Counted from the first letter of the stretch, positions 30,457 to 40,675 are shown. The stretch is DNA of 64,000 nucleotides from Gemmatimonadota bacterium (GCA_034521595.1 JAXHMG010000003.1:2944001-3008000), one strand, 5' to 3'. Notes: generated from the letters alone by a model not told the origin. A program made the numbers and translations.

Positions 30457-30924
30457 ATGGTCGAGGCAGGGAAGGTCATCAAGGAGTTGCAGGACATGCG
30501 CGACGACGGACATCTGTCCGACGCGCTCCTGCGGTACGCGATTCGGTCGATCGCCAAGTCCGACGACCGTTTCAGCTGGGTCGGCGCCTATCTCCTCGGA
30601 GAGGGCGAGCTCTGGCTCCACAACTACGTGGGTGAGCCCACCCAGCACGCCAAGATTCCGGTGGGTGAAGGGGTTTGCGGACGCGCGGTCGAGGAGCGCA
30701 CCAATCTGAACATTCCCGACGTGAGCGCGGAGGAAAACTACCTCGCGTGCTCGCCGGACGTGCAGAGCGAGCTGGTCGTGCTCATCCGTGCCGGCGACGA
30801 CGTCTTCGGACAGATCGACATCGATTCCGAGGAGGAAGCCGCGTTCACCGAGGACGACGAGATCGCTCTCATCGGGATCGCGGACAAGCTGGCGGAGCAG
30901 CTCGCCGCGGAGCGCCGCTCCTGA
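30457..30924 (+). CDS. Single GAF-domain protein (MsrC/YebR-like)
   Basis: WVGAYL, GEGVCG, NYLAC...SELVV, IDIDS. Confidence 0.88.
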   Translation: MVEAGKVIKELQDMRDDGHLSDALLRYAIRSIAKSDDRFSWVGAYLLGEGELWLHNYVGEPTQHAKIPVGEGVCGRAVEERTNLNIPDVSAEENYLACSPDVQSELVVLIRAGDDVFGQIDIDSEEEAAFTEDDEIALIGIADKLAEQLAAERRS

Positions 30925-31673
30925 CCGATCGGCTCCACTGCGTCAACGCCGGGAATACGAGCGCGTTCACGCTGGACGGGACGCGCACCTACCTGGTCGG
31001 TGCGCGCAGCGTCGCGGTGATCGATCCGGGCCCGGACGTGCATGAGCATGTTCGGGCCCTGGTCGTGGAGGTCCGGGAAGCCTCCGAAGTGTGCGTGCTG
31101 CTGACCCACGGGCACCCCGACCATTCGGCGGCCGCTCGGCCCCTCGCCGACCGCCTGGGAGCCGAGGTGCTGGGGCCGCCCCTGGACGGCGTGGTCGACC
31201 GGGTGTTGGACGACGGTGACCGGGTAGAGACCGACGCGGGCTCGCTGGTGGCGGTGCACACGCCCGGGCACACCGCCGACCATCTCTCCTATCACTGGCC
31301 CGAGGGCGACGGCCTCTTCGTGGGCGACCTGCTGCTCGGCCAGGGGGACACCACGTGGGTGGCGGAGTATCCGGGGTGCGTGGCGGACTATTTCGATTCG
31401 CTCGCCCGGGTGCGCTCGTTGCCGGTCGGGGTTCTCTATCCCTCGCACGGACCCCCGCTGAACGAGCCGAGCGAGGCCATCGACCGGTTCGAGCGGCACC
31501 GCAGAGATCGAGTCCGGCAGGTGGAGGCGGCGCTCGCCACGTTGCCGAGCGACGATGTCGACGAGCTTCTCGCCTTCGTCTACGGTGATTCGATCCCGCC
31601 GGGGTTGGAAGGTGCTGCCGCGCGGAGCCTGGGGGCGCTCGTCGACTATGTTAAGCAGTCCCGAGAGAGTTGA
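30921..31673 (+). CDS. Metallo-beta-lactamase fold hydrolase (probable CTG start)
   Basis: TLDGTRTYLVG, IDPGP, THGHPDH, TPGHT.DH, PSHG. Confidence 0.88.
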   Translation: MTDRLHCVNAGNTSAFTLDGTRTYLVGARSVAVIDPGPDVHEHVRALVVEVREASEVCVLLTHGHPDHSAAARPLADRLGAEVLGPPLDGVVDRVLDDGDRVETDAGSLVAVHTPGHTADHLSYHWPEGDGLFVGDLLLGQGDTTWVAEYPGCVADYFDSLARVRSLPVGVLYPSHGPPLNEPSEAIDRFERHRRDRVRQVEAALATLPSDDVDELLAFVYGDSIPPGLEGAAARSLGALVDYVKQSRES

Positions 31674-31716
31674 GCGGCGCGTTGCACCTGCGGCCCGCAG
31701 CGGGGTATCTCCGCTT

Positions 31717-33162
31717 ATGAGCGAGCCATTGAGCGCCGCGCTGGTCGCGCGGCTTCGTGAAACGGTGGGTTTCGATCACGTGATCGTCGACCCGGACCGT
31801 CTCTTCGTCTACGAGTCCGACGGGCTGACCCAGTACCGGGCCGCCCCGAAGGCGGTCGTGCTGCCGGCCACTACTGACGAGTTGGCCGCGGTCGTACGGC
31901 TGCTCGTCGCGGAGGGGGTCGCGGTCGTGCCGCGTGGAGCGGGGACGGGCCTGTCCGGGGGAGCCCTGCCCTCGGTCGACGGTGTCGTCGTCGGAACCGC
32001 GCGCATGAACCGCATCCTGTCCATCGATCCCGAGAATCGGCTGGCCCGGGTGCAGCCGGGGGTCGTGAACGGTCGGCTGACCGAGGCGACCCGGCCGCAC
32101 GGGCTGTACTATGCGCCCGACCCGTCATCACAGAGCACGTGCACGCTGGGCGGCAACGTGGCCGAGAACTCCGGGGGGCCCCATTGCCTCAAATACGGCG
32201 TCACCGGGCGGTACGTCACGGGACTCACGGTGGTCCTCGGCGACGGTGAGGTGCTGCGGTTGGGGGGCGCGGGGCGGGCGCCGGACGATGCGCTCGATCT
32301 GGTCGGACTCTTCGTGGGCTCGGAGGGCTGCTTCGGTATCGCGGCGGAGATCGAAGTGTCCCTGCTTCCGGTCAGCGAAGGGGTGCGGACCCTGCTCGGC
32401 ATCTTCGAAACCATGGAGGACGCCGGGCACGCCGTGACCGCGATCATCGGAGCCGGGATGCTGCCGGCCGCCCTCGAGATCGTCGACGCTGCCACCATCC
32501 GTGCGGTGGAGGCGAGCGTCTTCGCAGCCGGCTATCCGACCGACGCCGGTGCCGCGCTCGTCGTGGAGTTCGACGGGACCGAAGCCGGCCTCGATGCCGA
32601 CGTGGAGCGAGCGGCGACCTGCTGCCGCGAAGCGGGGGCTCGGGACGTGCAACGGGCGACGGACGAGGCGCACAGGCTAGCCCTCTGGAAGGGCCGAAAG
32701 AAGGCGTTCGGCGCCATGGGTCGGATCGCACCCGATCTCCTCGTGCAGGACGCGACGGTGCCCCGGACCCGCTTGCCGCAGGTGCTCGCGGGCGTTGCCG
32801 AGATCGGCCGGCGATACGGGCTCGAGATCGCGAACGTCTTCCACGCGGGAGACGGGAACCTACACCCGAACATCATCTTCGACCGGCAGGATCCGGACCA
32901 GCTTTCACGGGTCGAGGCGGCGTCGAAGGAGATCATGGCGCTCTGTGTCGAGGCGGGCGGAACGATCACGGGCGAGCACGGGGTGGGCGTCGACAAGCGA
33001 CAGTACATGCACCTCGTGCACGGGTCGGACGAGCTCGAAGCGATGGCCGACGTGAAGGCGGCGTTCGACCCGATGGGCCTCTTCAACCCCGGCAAGGTCC
33101 TGCCGGACGCCGAGCCACGCTCGAGCGGAGAGTCGGCGATGGTGACCGAGAGCGTCTCGTGA
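31717..33162 (+). CDS. glcD: Glycolate/D-2-hydroxyacid oxidase FAD subunit GlcD
   Basis: PRGAGTGLSGG, APDPSS, GGNVAENSGG, FHAGDGNLH, GEHGVG. Confidence 0.92.
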   Translation: MSEPLSAALVARLRETVGFDHVIVDPDRLFVYESDGLTQYRAAPKAVVLPATTDELAAVVRLLVAEGVAVVPRGAGTGLSGGALPSVDGVVVGTARMNRILSIDPENRLARVQPGVVNGRLTEATRPHGLYYAPDPSSQSTCTLGGNVAENSGGPHCLKYGVTGRYVTGLTVVLGDGEVLRLGGAGRAPDDALDLVGLFVGSEGCFGIAAEIEVSLLPVSEGVRTLLGIFETMEDAGHAVTAIIGAGMLPAALEIVDAATIRAVEASVFAAGYPTDAGAALVVEFDGTEAGLDADVERAATCCREAGARDVQRATDEAHRLALWKGRKKAFGAMGRIAPDLLVQDATVPRTRLPQVLAGVAEIGRRYGLEIANVFHAGDGNLHPNIIFDRQDPDQLSRVEAASKEIMALCVEAGGTITGEHGVGVDKRQYMHLVHGSDELEAMADVKAAFDPMGLFNPGKVLPDAEPRSSGESAMVTESVS

Positions 33163-34421
33163 GCACGCTCGCGGACGTGCTTCCCGTGGAGGCCCTCGAG
33201 GACGTCGGGAGCGCACCGGAGCTTCCGGGCGCCGACGCCACCGTCGACGCCTTCGTTCGGCCGCTCGACGTGGCCGAGGTGGCACGGGCCGTTCGCTGGG
33301 CTCTGGAGGACGGTCGGTGCGTGGTGCCCGTCGGCACGGGCCGACATTTGCACCGTATGGCCGTCCCTCGGCGCTGCGTGGTCCTATCGACATCACGCAT
33401 GCGCGGGGTCGAGACCTACGAGCCCGCGGATCTCACGCTCACGGCCGGGGCGGGCACGCCGATCGCCGAGCTCACCGAGGCCCTCGCACCGCACGACCAG
33501 TGGCTCCCGTTCGATCCGCCGGACGCGGAATCGCGCACCCTGGGTGGGCTCGTCGCTTCGGGGCTGTCCGGGCCGCTCGGCACGGGGTACGGAACGCTCC
33601 GCAACCACGTGCTGGGCGCGACGGTCGTGCGCGGGGACGGTCGCGCGCTGCGGCTCGGTGGCCGCGTGGTCAAGAACGTGGCGGGTTTCGACCTGTTGCG
33701 GCCGATGGTCGGGAGCCGGGGTGGATTGGGCGTGCTCACGTCGGTGTGTGTGCGGGTCTTTCCGGTGCCGCAGGCCGACCGCCTTCTCGTCGCCCGCGCG
33801 GATGATCCCGAGCAGCTCGTCGCGGCGGCACGTGCGGTCGCCACGGCTCCGCTCCTCCCGGCTTCCCTCGTGCTCGTCGCCGGTGTCGAGGGGCATGGTG
33901 GCGCGGCCGCCCTCCTCGTGCGACTGCACGGTGCTCGCGCGACGGTCGACGCGGATCAGGCGACCTTGGAGCGGTGCATCGGATCCGGGTTGGAGGTTCT
34001 CGAGGGAGAAGACGCGCGCGTTTTGGTCCGTGCGGCCAGGGACCACCCTGCCGCTTCCGGGATCGGGTTGGCCTCCGTCCTGCCGGCATGCCTGGGGCCG
34101 GCCCTCGAAGCCGTCCGTGCCTCCGTGGGCTCGGTGGACCTCGCGGCCGACGCGAGCGCGGGGTCGATCCGTTTCGCGTTTCCGGCGGAGGCTGCATCCG
34201 GGCTGGCTGGGCTTCGTGAGGCTCTCGAAGGGCTCGGCGGTTCCCTGGGCCTCGAACGCTTCCCGGCCGACCTCGAGCTTCGGCGTGAGGACGTGGTGAC
34301 GCCGCCGGGGCCGGGAGAGGTGGCGCTGGCCGAACGGGTGCGCGCGGCGTTCGATCCGTCCGGTGTGTACTGGCCGAGCACGTCGCGAGCCGCGAAGTCT
34401 TCCGTGGTGGGGGTCGGCTGA
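33159..34421 (+). CDS. glcE: Glycolate oxidase FAD subunit GlcE
   Basis: YEPADLT, GGRVVKNVAGFDL, AFDP. Confidence 0.88.
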   Translation: MSTLADVLPVEALEDVGSAPELPGADATVDAFVRPLDVAEVARAVRWALEDGRCVVPVGTGRHLHRMAVPRRCVVLSTSRMRGVETYEPADLTLTAGAGTPIAELTEALAPHDQWLPFDPPDAESRTLGGLVASGLSGPLGTGYGTLRNHVLGATVVRGDGRALRLGGRVVKNVAGFDLLRPMVGSRGGLGVLTSVCVRVFPVPQADRLLVARADDPEQLVAAARAVATAPLLPASLVLVAGVEGHGGAAALLVRLHGARATVDADQATLERCIGSGLEVLEGEDARVLVRAARDHPAASGIGLASVLPACLGPALEAVRASVGSVDLAADASAGSIRFAFPAEAASGLAGLREALEGLGGSLGLERFPADLELRREDVVTPPGPGEVALAERVRAAFDPSGVYWPSTSRAAKSSVVGVG

Positions 34422-34423
34422 CC

Positions 34424-35767
34424 GTGGCGCCCGCGACGCCCGCCCGCGATCCGGTGCAGACGCTCGAGACCGCGCTCTCGGCGCAACAGGACCGGCTGCT
34501 CCCCTGCGTCCACTGCGGCTTCTGTCTCCCGGCGTGTCCGACCTACACGCGGCTCGGCGACGAAGCGGATTCTCCGCGGGGCCGGCTGCACCTGATGCAA
34601 GCCGTCGTGGATGGTCGGTTGGATCCCGGAAGCGATGCGTTCCGGACGCATATCGATCGGTGTCTGGGTTGCCGCGCGTGTGAGCCCGTGTGCCCGTCCG
34701 GTGTCGAGTACGGAATCCTCCTCGAGCACGCCCGGGAGGCCTCGATCGCCGCGACGCCGCCGGATCTGCTCACACGGGGACTGCTCGCGATCATGGAGTC
34801 GCGCGTCCTGCGCGCCCTCTTCTTCACGGGGGGACGGGTGATGCGGGCGACGCGGCTCGCCGCGCTCGGTGCCCGTCTGCTCCCCGGTCGAGGCGTGTTG
34901 GGGAGCGCGCGGAGGGGCTTGGCGATGCTGGCCGGAAGCGTGCCGTGGCGCGTCCCGCGCTCCTCGCGCGGGCAGCCGGGGCGGGAGGCCGGGAGCAGCG
35001 AGGACGCCGGCGCCCGTCGAGGCACACGGGTCGGGGTCCTCACGGGGTGCGTGCAGGAGGGGCTCTACAAACGGGTGAACGACGCTACCGTGCGGGTCTT
35101 GGAGGCGAACGGGTTCGAGGTCGTGCAGGTCTCGGGGCAGTCCTGCTGTGGCGCCTTGCACGCGCACGCGGGCGGGCTGGGTGGCGCCAAGGAGCTGGCT
35201 CGGGAGAACATCGAAGCGTTCGAGCGGGCCGGTGTGGATGCCGTCGTGGTGAATGCGGCCGGGTGCGGGGCGAGCATGAAACAGTACGGTGTGCTGCTCG
35301 AAGACGATCCGGCTCATGCGGAGACCGCGGCCCGCTTCGCGGAGAAGGTCCGGGACGTGGACGAGCTCCTGGCCCTGGTGGGACCGCGTCGCGGAGCCGA
35401 GGTGCGCTGTCGCGTGGCGTACGACCATCCGTGTCACCTCCTGCACGCCCAGGGGATCCGCGATGCGCCCCTGCAGGTGTTGGCCGCGGTACCGGGATTG
35501 GAGGTGCAGCCGGTGGAGAACGCGGACGAGTGCTGTGGTGGCGCGGGCATCTACGGCATTACCCATCCCGACCTCGGAGGGCGCATCGGGGACGACAAAG
35601 TCCGGGCGGTCCAGGCCGCCGAGGCGGATGTGGTCGCCACTCCGAACCCGGGTTGCATGATGCAGATCGCCGCCGGGCTCCGCCTGAGCGGATCCTCGAC
35701 CGGAGTCGTGCACCCCGTCGAGCTACTGGACGAAAGCTACCGCAGAGCGGAGTACTACGAGCGATGA
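34424..35767 (+). CDS. glcF: Glycolate oxidase Fe-S subunit GlcF
   Basis: CVHCGFCLPACP, CLGCRACEPVCP, two CCG domains. Confidence 0.9.
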   Translation: MAPATPARDPVQTLETALSAQQDRLLPCVHCGFCLPACPTYTRLGDEADSPRGRLHLMQAVVDGRLDPGSDAFRTHIDRCLGCRACEPVCPSGVEYGILLEHAREASIAATPPDLLTRGLLAIMESRVLRALFFTGGRVMRATRLAALGARLLPGRGVLGSARRGLAMLAGSVPWRVPRSSRGQPGREAGSSEDAGARRGTRVGVLTGCVQEGLYKRVNDATVRVLEANGFEVVQVSGQSCCGALHAHAGGLGGAKELARENIEAFERAGVDAVVVNAAGCGASMKQYGVLLEDDPAHAETAARFAEKVRDVDELLALVGPRRGAEVRCRVAYDHPCHLLHAQGIRDAPLQVLAAVPGLEVQPVENADECCGGAGIYGITHPDLGGRIGDDKVRAVQAAEADVVATPNPGCMMQIAAGLRLSGSSTGVVHPVELLDESYRRAEYYER

Positions 35768-36387
35768 CCGAATCGAACCGAGAGACCCCGGGCCCCTCCG
35801 ATCTCGTATCCCTGGGAGTGGACCATCCGATTTGGAACCGGTTCTTCCATGTCGCGCCACTCATCGTCGTGGCGACCAAGGAACCGGACGGCACCTACGA
35901 CCTGGCGCCCAAGCACATGGCGGCGCCCATGGGTTGGGGCAATTTCTTCGGATTCGTCTGTACGCCCGCTCACGGCACGTACCGCAATATCGAGCGGGAA
36001 GGGGTGTTCACCGTCAGCTTCCCGCGCCCGTCCCAGGTGGTGACCGCCAGTCTCGCGGCGGCTCCGCGCTGCGAGGACGACGAGAAGCCCAGCCTGAGTC
36101 AGCTCCGGACTTTCCCCGCTCGCGAGGTCGAGGGGGTGCTCCTGGAGGACGCGTACCTCCATCTCGAGTGCGAGACGTTCCGTGTCATCGATGGCTTCGA
36201 CGAGAACAGCCTGATCACGGGACGGATCGTGGAGGCACATGTCTCCGAAAACGCGATTCGGCGAGCCGACGTGGACGACCGGGACACCGTCCTGCATGCC
36301 CCGCTCCTGGCATACCTCGCCCCGGGGCGCTACGCGGAGGTGGCCGAGACGTTCGCGTTCCCGTTCCACGCCGGAACGACCCGATGA
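35764..36387 (+). CDS. Flavin reductase-like FMN-binding protein
   Basis: PLIVVAT...DLAP, TYRNIEREGVFTVS, LEC...GRIV; ATGA overlap with glcF. Confidence 0.8.
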   Translation: MTESNRETPGPSDLVSLGVDHPIWNRFFHVAPLIVVATKEPDGTYDLAPKHMAAPMGWGNFFGFVCTPAHGTYRNIEREGVFTVSFPRPSQVVTASLAAAPRCEDDEKPSLSQLRTFPAREVEGVLLEDAYLHLECETFRVIDGFDENSLITGRIVEAHVSENAIRRADVDDRDTVLHAPLLAYLAPGRYAEVAETFAFPFHAGTTR

Positions 36388-37586
36388 CTCGGGCCGAACG
36401 GACGAGGCCTCCGGAGCAAGAGGTGGTCGAGCCGGGGCGTATGCTCGAGCACGTGCGAGGCTTGCGGAGCGAGTTCGTGGATTTCCTGAGCCGAATGGCG
36501 AGTCTGGAGTCGCCCACCGACGAGCCCGAGCGCCAGCGCCCGGTCCAGCGACTGATCGCGTCCGCCCTCGAAGATCTGGGCTACGAGATCCGCATGGTCC
36601 CGGGCCGGGGGACGGGAGGTCACCTCTACGCCCGACCTCGAGAGCGCGAGCACGGGAAGCACGCGCAGCTTCTCGTGGGACACACCGACACCGTCTGGCC
36701 CGTCGGCACGCTGGAAACCATGCCCGTGAGGGTGGACGGCGATCGGCTCCACGGACCGGGAACACTCGACATGAAGGGGGGGCTCACCCAGATCGTCTTC
36801 GCGCTGCGAGCGTTGCGGGAGCTCGGGATCCGCCCCGAGGTGACGCCGGTGGTGTTCGTGAACTCCGACGAAGAGGTCGGAAGCCCGGATTCGCGGCATC
36901 ACGTTCGCATGCTGGCGCGGCGCGCCTGTCGCGCCTTCGTGCTCGAGCCTGCGCTCGGCCCCGACGCCCGGGTGAAGACCGCCCGGAAAGGGATCGGCCG
37001 GTTCGAGGTGGCGATTCGAGGGCGCGCTTCGCATGCCGGGCTCGATCCGGGGGCCGGAGCCAGCGCGATCCTCGAGCTCTCGCACGTGATTCAACGGCTC
37101 CACGAGCTGAACGATCCGGAGCGGGGCACCACCGTGAACGTCGGCGTGATCGACGGGGGCATCCGACCGAACGTCGTGGCGGCCGCGGCCAAGGCCAGTG
37201 TCGATGCCCGGGTCCGCACCATGGAAGACGCGCGCGCTCTCGAAAGGGCCGTGAACGAGATCCGTGCGGCGACACCGGGCGTCGAGCTCGAGATCACGGG
37301 CGGGATCGCCGTTCCCCCGCTCGAACGGACCCCCCGGAACCGCGCTCTGTGGACCACGGCGCGGGCCGTAGGGGCGGAGCTGGGGTTCGACCTCGACGAG
37401 GGGATGGCCGGGGGTGGCTCGGACGGGAACACCACGAGCCAGTTCACGGCTACGCTCGACGGGCTCGGATGCGTGGGAGACGGCCCCCACGCGGTCCACG
37501 AGCACATCGAGATCGACCCCTCTCTGGAGCGCTGCGCCCTGTTGGCGCGGCTGCTGCTCACGCCGGCATCCGAGGAGAATGTATGA
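36384..37586 (+). CDS. M20 family metallopeptidase/amidohydrolase (carboxypeptidase G2-like)
   Basis: GHTDTV, DMKGG, DEE, GGSDG, HAVHE. Confidence 0.92.
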   Translation: MTRAERTRPPEQEVVEPGRMLEHVRGLRSEFVDFLSRMASLESPTDEPERQRPVQRLIASALEDLGYEIRMVPGRGTGGHLYARPREREHGKHAQLLVGHTDTVWPVGTLETMPVRVDGDRLHGPGTLDMKGGLTQIVFALRALRELGIRPEVTPVVFVNSDEEVGSPDSRHHVRMLARRACRAFVLEPALGPDARVKTARKGIGRFEVAIRGRASHAGLDPGAGASAILELSHVIQRLHELNDPERGTTVNVGVIDGGIRPNVVAAAAKASVDARVRTMEDARALERAVNEIRAATPGVELEITGGIAVPPLERTPRNRALWTTARAVGAELGFDLDEGMAGGGSDGNTTSQFTATLDGLGCVGDGPHAVHEHIEIDPSLERCALLARLLLTPASEENV

Positions 37587-38620
37587 CTATGACGGAGCGG
37601 ATGACGCTCGGTTCCGTGACGCGTATCGCCGACCTGGGGACGCCCCCGCTCGACATGGACCGGCTGCCCGTCGACGAGTGGCGCTTCGGCGACTACGTGG
37701 TCGCCGAGGTGCGTGCGGTGCCGCACGGCTCGGTGGGCGGCTTCGAGCTTCCGAATGGGCGTGGCGTCACGCCGATGAAGGGAGACCTGCTCGTCGGGGC
37801 TCTTTCGAGACGGTTCGCCACGCTCGAAGCGACGGGCTCCTTCGAGGCCGTGGGGGACGACGGGGTGATGCACCTACTCACCGACGCCGGATGCTTCGGC
37901 GCGCTCACGTCACGATCTCGGTTCTCTCCTCAGCTCCTCGAGGTCGAGTACCGGGGCCACGTGCTGGTCGACGGCCGGCGGACCACCATGCGGGACTGGG
38001 CCCGAGACCATTCCGGTGAGGACTTCGAGCTACCGGTGGTTCTCATCGTCGGGACGTCGATGTCGGCGGGCAAGACGCACGCGGGGCGGCTCGCGGTGCG
38101 GGCGCTCGCGGGGTCGGGGCACACCGTGGTGGCGGCCAAGCTGACGGGCGCGGGCCGACGGAAAGACGTCCTCGCGTTCGAAGACGCCGGAGCCGCGCAC
38201 GTGTTCGACTTCATGGACGCCGGGTTGCCCACGACGGTATGCCCGCCGGACGAATATCGGGACGCGACGGACGCGCTGCTCTCGAACATGGCCGTGCCCG
38301 GCGCGACCGTGGCGGTCATCGAGGCTGGGGCTTCCCCACTCGAGCCGTACAACGGGGCCACCCTGGTCGACCTGCTCGGGGACCGCGTCGTCTACACGAT
38401 CCTCTGCGCTTCCGACCCGTATGCCGTGGAGGGGATTCGGGTGGGCTGGGGGCGCGACTTCGACCTCGTGTCGGGGCCCGCGGCCAACACCGCCGCCGGG
38501 ATCCAGCTGGTCCGGAGCCTCACCTCCCTGCACGCCCTGGATCTCACCGACGAGGCGTCCGAGGACGAGCTGCGGCGACGGTTGGTGGATGCGTGCGGCT
38601 CCGGGCACGGGCCGGGATGA
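37583..38620 (+). CDS. DUF1611-like P-loop protein
   Basis: VGTSMSAGKT P-loop, AAKLTGAG, DFMDAGLPTT. Confidence 0.7.
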   Translation: MTMTERMTLGSVTRIADLGTPPLDMDRLPVDEWRFGDYVVAEVRAVPHGSVGGFELPNGRGVTPMKGDLLVGALSRRFATLEATGSFEAVGDDGVMHLLTDAGCFGALTSRSRFSPQLLEVEYRGHVLVDGRRTTMRDWARDHSGEDFELPVVLIVGTSMSAGKTHAGRLAVRALAGSGHTVVAAKLTGAGRRKDVLAFEDAGAAHVFDFMDAGLPTTVCPPDEYRDATDALLSNMAVPGATVAVIEAGASPLEPYNGATLVDLLGDRVVYTILCASDPYAVEGIRVGWGRDFDLVSGPAANTAAGIQLVRSLTSLHALDLTDEASEDELRRRLVDACGSGHGPG

Positions 38621-39537
38621 CGGAGGAGCACACCCTTCGCCACTTCGAGACGCTGGCGGACTACCGCGCGTGCGTCGCGCTCCAGGAGGAGATATGGGGC
38701 GCCGGGTTCTCGGAGCGGGTGCCGCTGGCCATCCTGAAAGTGGGCCAGTCCCTGGCCGGGGTCAGCGCCGGCGCGTTCACGCCTTCCGGTCGACTCGACG
38801 GCTTCGTTTTCGGACTCACGGGACTGGATGAAGACGGCGCGCCGGTGCACTGGTCGGATATGCTCGCGGTCCGACCGGGCGTGGCCGGCTCGGGGCTCGG
38901 CACCCGGTTGAAGGCATTCCAGCGCGACGCCCTGCTCGCGCGAGGAGTGTCCCGGATGCTCTGGACGTTCGACCCGCTGCGAGCCCGGAACGCCTACCTG
39001 AACCTCGGGAAGTTGGGAGCCGTCGTGCGCGAGTACCGCCGTGACATGTACGGCGACACGGACTCGGTGCTCCACCGTGGGATCGGAACGGACCGGTTCG
39101 TCACCAGTTGGGATCTCGATCACGAGCGCACCCGGGCGCGGCTCGCCCGGACGTTGGGTGAGGACGTGGGCGCCTCGGATGCGTCCGCGACGTTCCTGCC
39201 CGCTGCCGAGGCCGTGCCGCCCGCGCTGTCCGCGACCACCGACGGTGAGTTGCCTCGGCCGGGGTCACCGCGATTCGACCTGGACGGAACGCACGACCGG
39301 GTGGGCGTCGCGATCCCCGCGGACCTCGGCATGATTCTGGAGCGGGACCCGGACCTGGCCGCGAGCTGGCGAGAAGCCACGCGGTCCGTGTTCGTGCACT
39401 ATCTCGGGCGGCGGTTCGAAGTCCGAGAGCTGCTTCGCGGCCCGGTCGTCGCCACCTATGTGCTCGCACGGCGGAGCGCGCCGGACGAGCCGGGCGAAGG
39501 TGCGAAGCCCGCCACGGCTCCGGAAGACCGATTTTGA
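38617..39537 (+). CDS. GNAT acyltransferase (putative D-amino acid N-succinyltransferase)
   Basis: LQEEIWG, HWSDMLAV, G.G..LK..QR, WTFDPL.ARNA.LN..KLG, TDRF. Confidence 0.82.
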   Translation: MTEEHTLRHFETLADYRACVALQEEIWGAGFSERVPLAILKVGQSLAGVSAGAFTPSGRLDGFVFGLTGLDEDGAPVHWSDMLAVRPGVAGSGLGTRLKAFQRDALLARGVSRMLWTFDPLRARNAYLNLGKLGAVVREYRRDMYGDTDSVLHRGIGTDRFVTSWDLDHERTRARLARTLGEDVGASDASATFLPAAEAVPPALSATTDGELPRPGSPRFDLDGTHDRVGVAIPADLGMILERDPDLAASWREATRSVFVHYLGRRFEVRELLRGPVVATYVLARRSAPDEPGEGAKPATAPEDRF

Positions 39538-39565
39538 CCTCCACCATGACGGGAGCGCGACCTTC

Positions 39566-40675
39566 ATGAGAATCGAGCGTGCGGTGCTGCGGGAGCTTTC
39601 CATGCGGCTGCGCCAGAAGTTCGAGATCAGCAGTGGCGTGACCGACCAGCGAAGGGTCGTGTTGCTGACGCTTCAGGGCGAGGGGCTGGAGGGGTGGGGC
39701 GAATGTGTCGCGGGGGAGACGCCCGCGTACGCTTACGAAACGACCGACACGGCCTGGCACGTCCTCACCGAGCACATTCTGCCCGCGGTGGTGGGGCGGG
39801 ACGCCGCCGACCCGGAAGACATCCTCACCCCGGCCAGGTGGATCCGCGGCCATCGCATGGCGAAGGCGGCCGTCGAGATGGCGGGATGGGACCTCGCCGC
39901 GCGCGCCCTCGGCAGCTCTCTCGCGAGCGTGCTGGGTGGAAGCCGCGACGCGGTTCCCGTGGGGGTGAGCGTCGGTCTCCAGGAGACGGACGAGGCATTG
40001 ATCGAGCAGGTCGCCGAGTACGTCGGCGAGGGGTATGCCCGCGTGAAGGTGAAGATCAAGCCCGGGCGCGACGTGGAAATGCTCCGCGCCCTCCGTGCGC
40101 GTTTCCCGGAGCTGCCGGTGATGGCCGATGCGAACTCCGCCTACACGCTCGCGGATTCCGCGCGCCTCGAGGAGCTGGACGGGCTGGAGCTCACCATGAT
40201 CGAGCAGCCGCTCGGCTACGACGACTTCCTCCACCACGCGCGGCTTCAACGTGTGATCGAGACGCCGATCTGCCTCGATGAGTCCGTGTGCTCCGAAGGA
40301 GACCTGGAGCTCGCGCTGGAGCTCGGCAGCTGCCGGATCGTGAACATCAAGCCGGGCCGGGTCGGTGGGCTGGGCGTGAGCCGCCGGATCCACGACGCCA
40401 TGCGGGAACGGGGGCTGCCGGTGTGGTGCGGCGGCATGCTCGAGAGTGGTGTCGGTCGCGCGCACAACGTCGCCCTCGCCTCGCTCCCGGGCTTCACGCT
40501 CCCCGGCGACATCTCCGCGAGCCGGCGGTACTGGGAGCAAGACATCGTCCGTCCGGAGTTCGAGGTGCGGAGCGATGGGCACATGGCGGTGCCCACGGGT
40601 CCGGGCATCGGCGTGGAAGTCGACCTCGACCGGGTGAAAGCACTCACGGTGCGAGAAGCCGTGGTCGGCGGTTGA
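39566..40675 (+). CDS. menC: o-succinylbenzoate synthase / N-succinylamino acid racemase (NSAR/OSBS subfamily)
   Basis: Enolase superfamily KVK, DAN, EQP, DES, NIKPGRVGG, WCGGMLESG, PGDISAS. Confidence 0.9.
   Translation: MRIERAVLRELSMRLRQKFEISSGVTDQRRVVLLTLQGEGLEGWGECVAGETPAYAYETTDTAWHVLTEHILPAVVGRDAADPEDILTPARWIRGHRMAKAAVEMAGWDLAARALGSSLASVLGGSRDAVPVGVSVGLQETDEALIEQVAEYVGEGYARVKVKIKPGRDVEMLRALRARFPELPVMADANSAYTLADSARLEELDGLELTMIEQPLGYDDFLHHARLQRVIETPICLDESVCSEGDLELALELGSCRIVNIKPGRVGGLGVSRRIHDAMRERGLPVWCGGMLESGVGRAHNVALASLPGFTLPGDISASRRYWEQDIVRPEFEVRSDGHMAVPTGPGIGVEVDLDRVKALTVREAVVGG

Noticed and set aside
34690-39537. Apparent long N-terminal extensions or fusions in the ORF track (34690, 35832, 36239, 38239 starts)
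   Set aside because: True starts are at ATGA overlaps (35764, 36384, 37583, 38617); the extensions are off-frame reads of upstream genes
39566-40675. Interpretation as a menaquinone biosynthesis locus
   Set aside because: No other men genes nearby; the GNAT and M20 neighbours point to the racemase role
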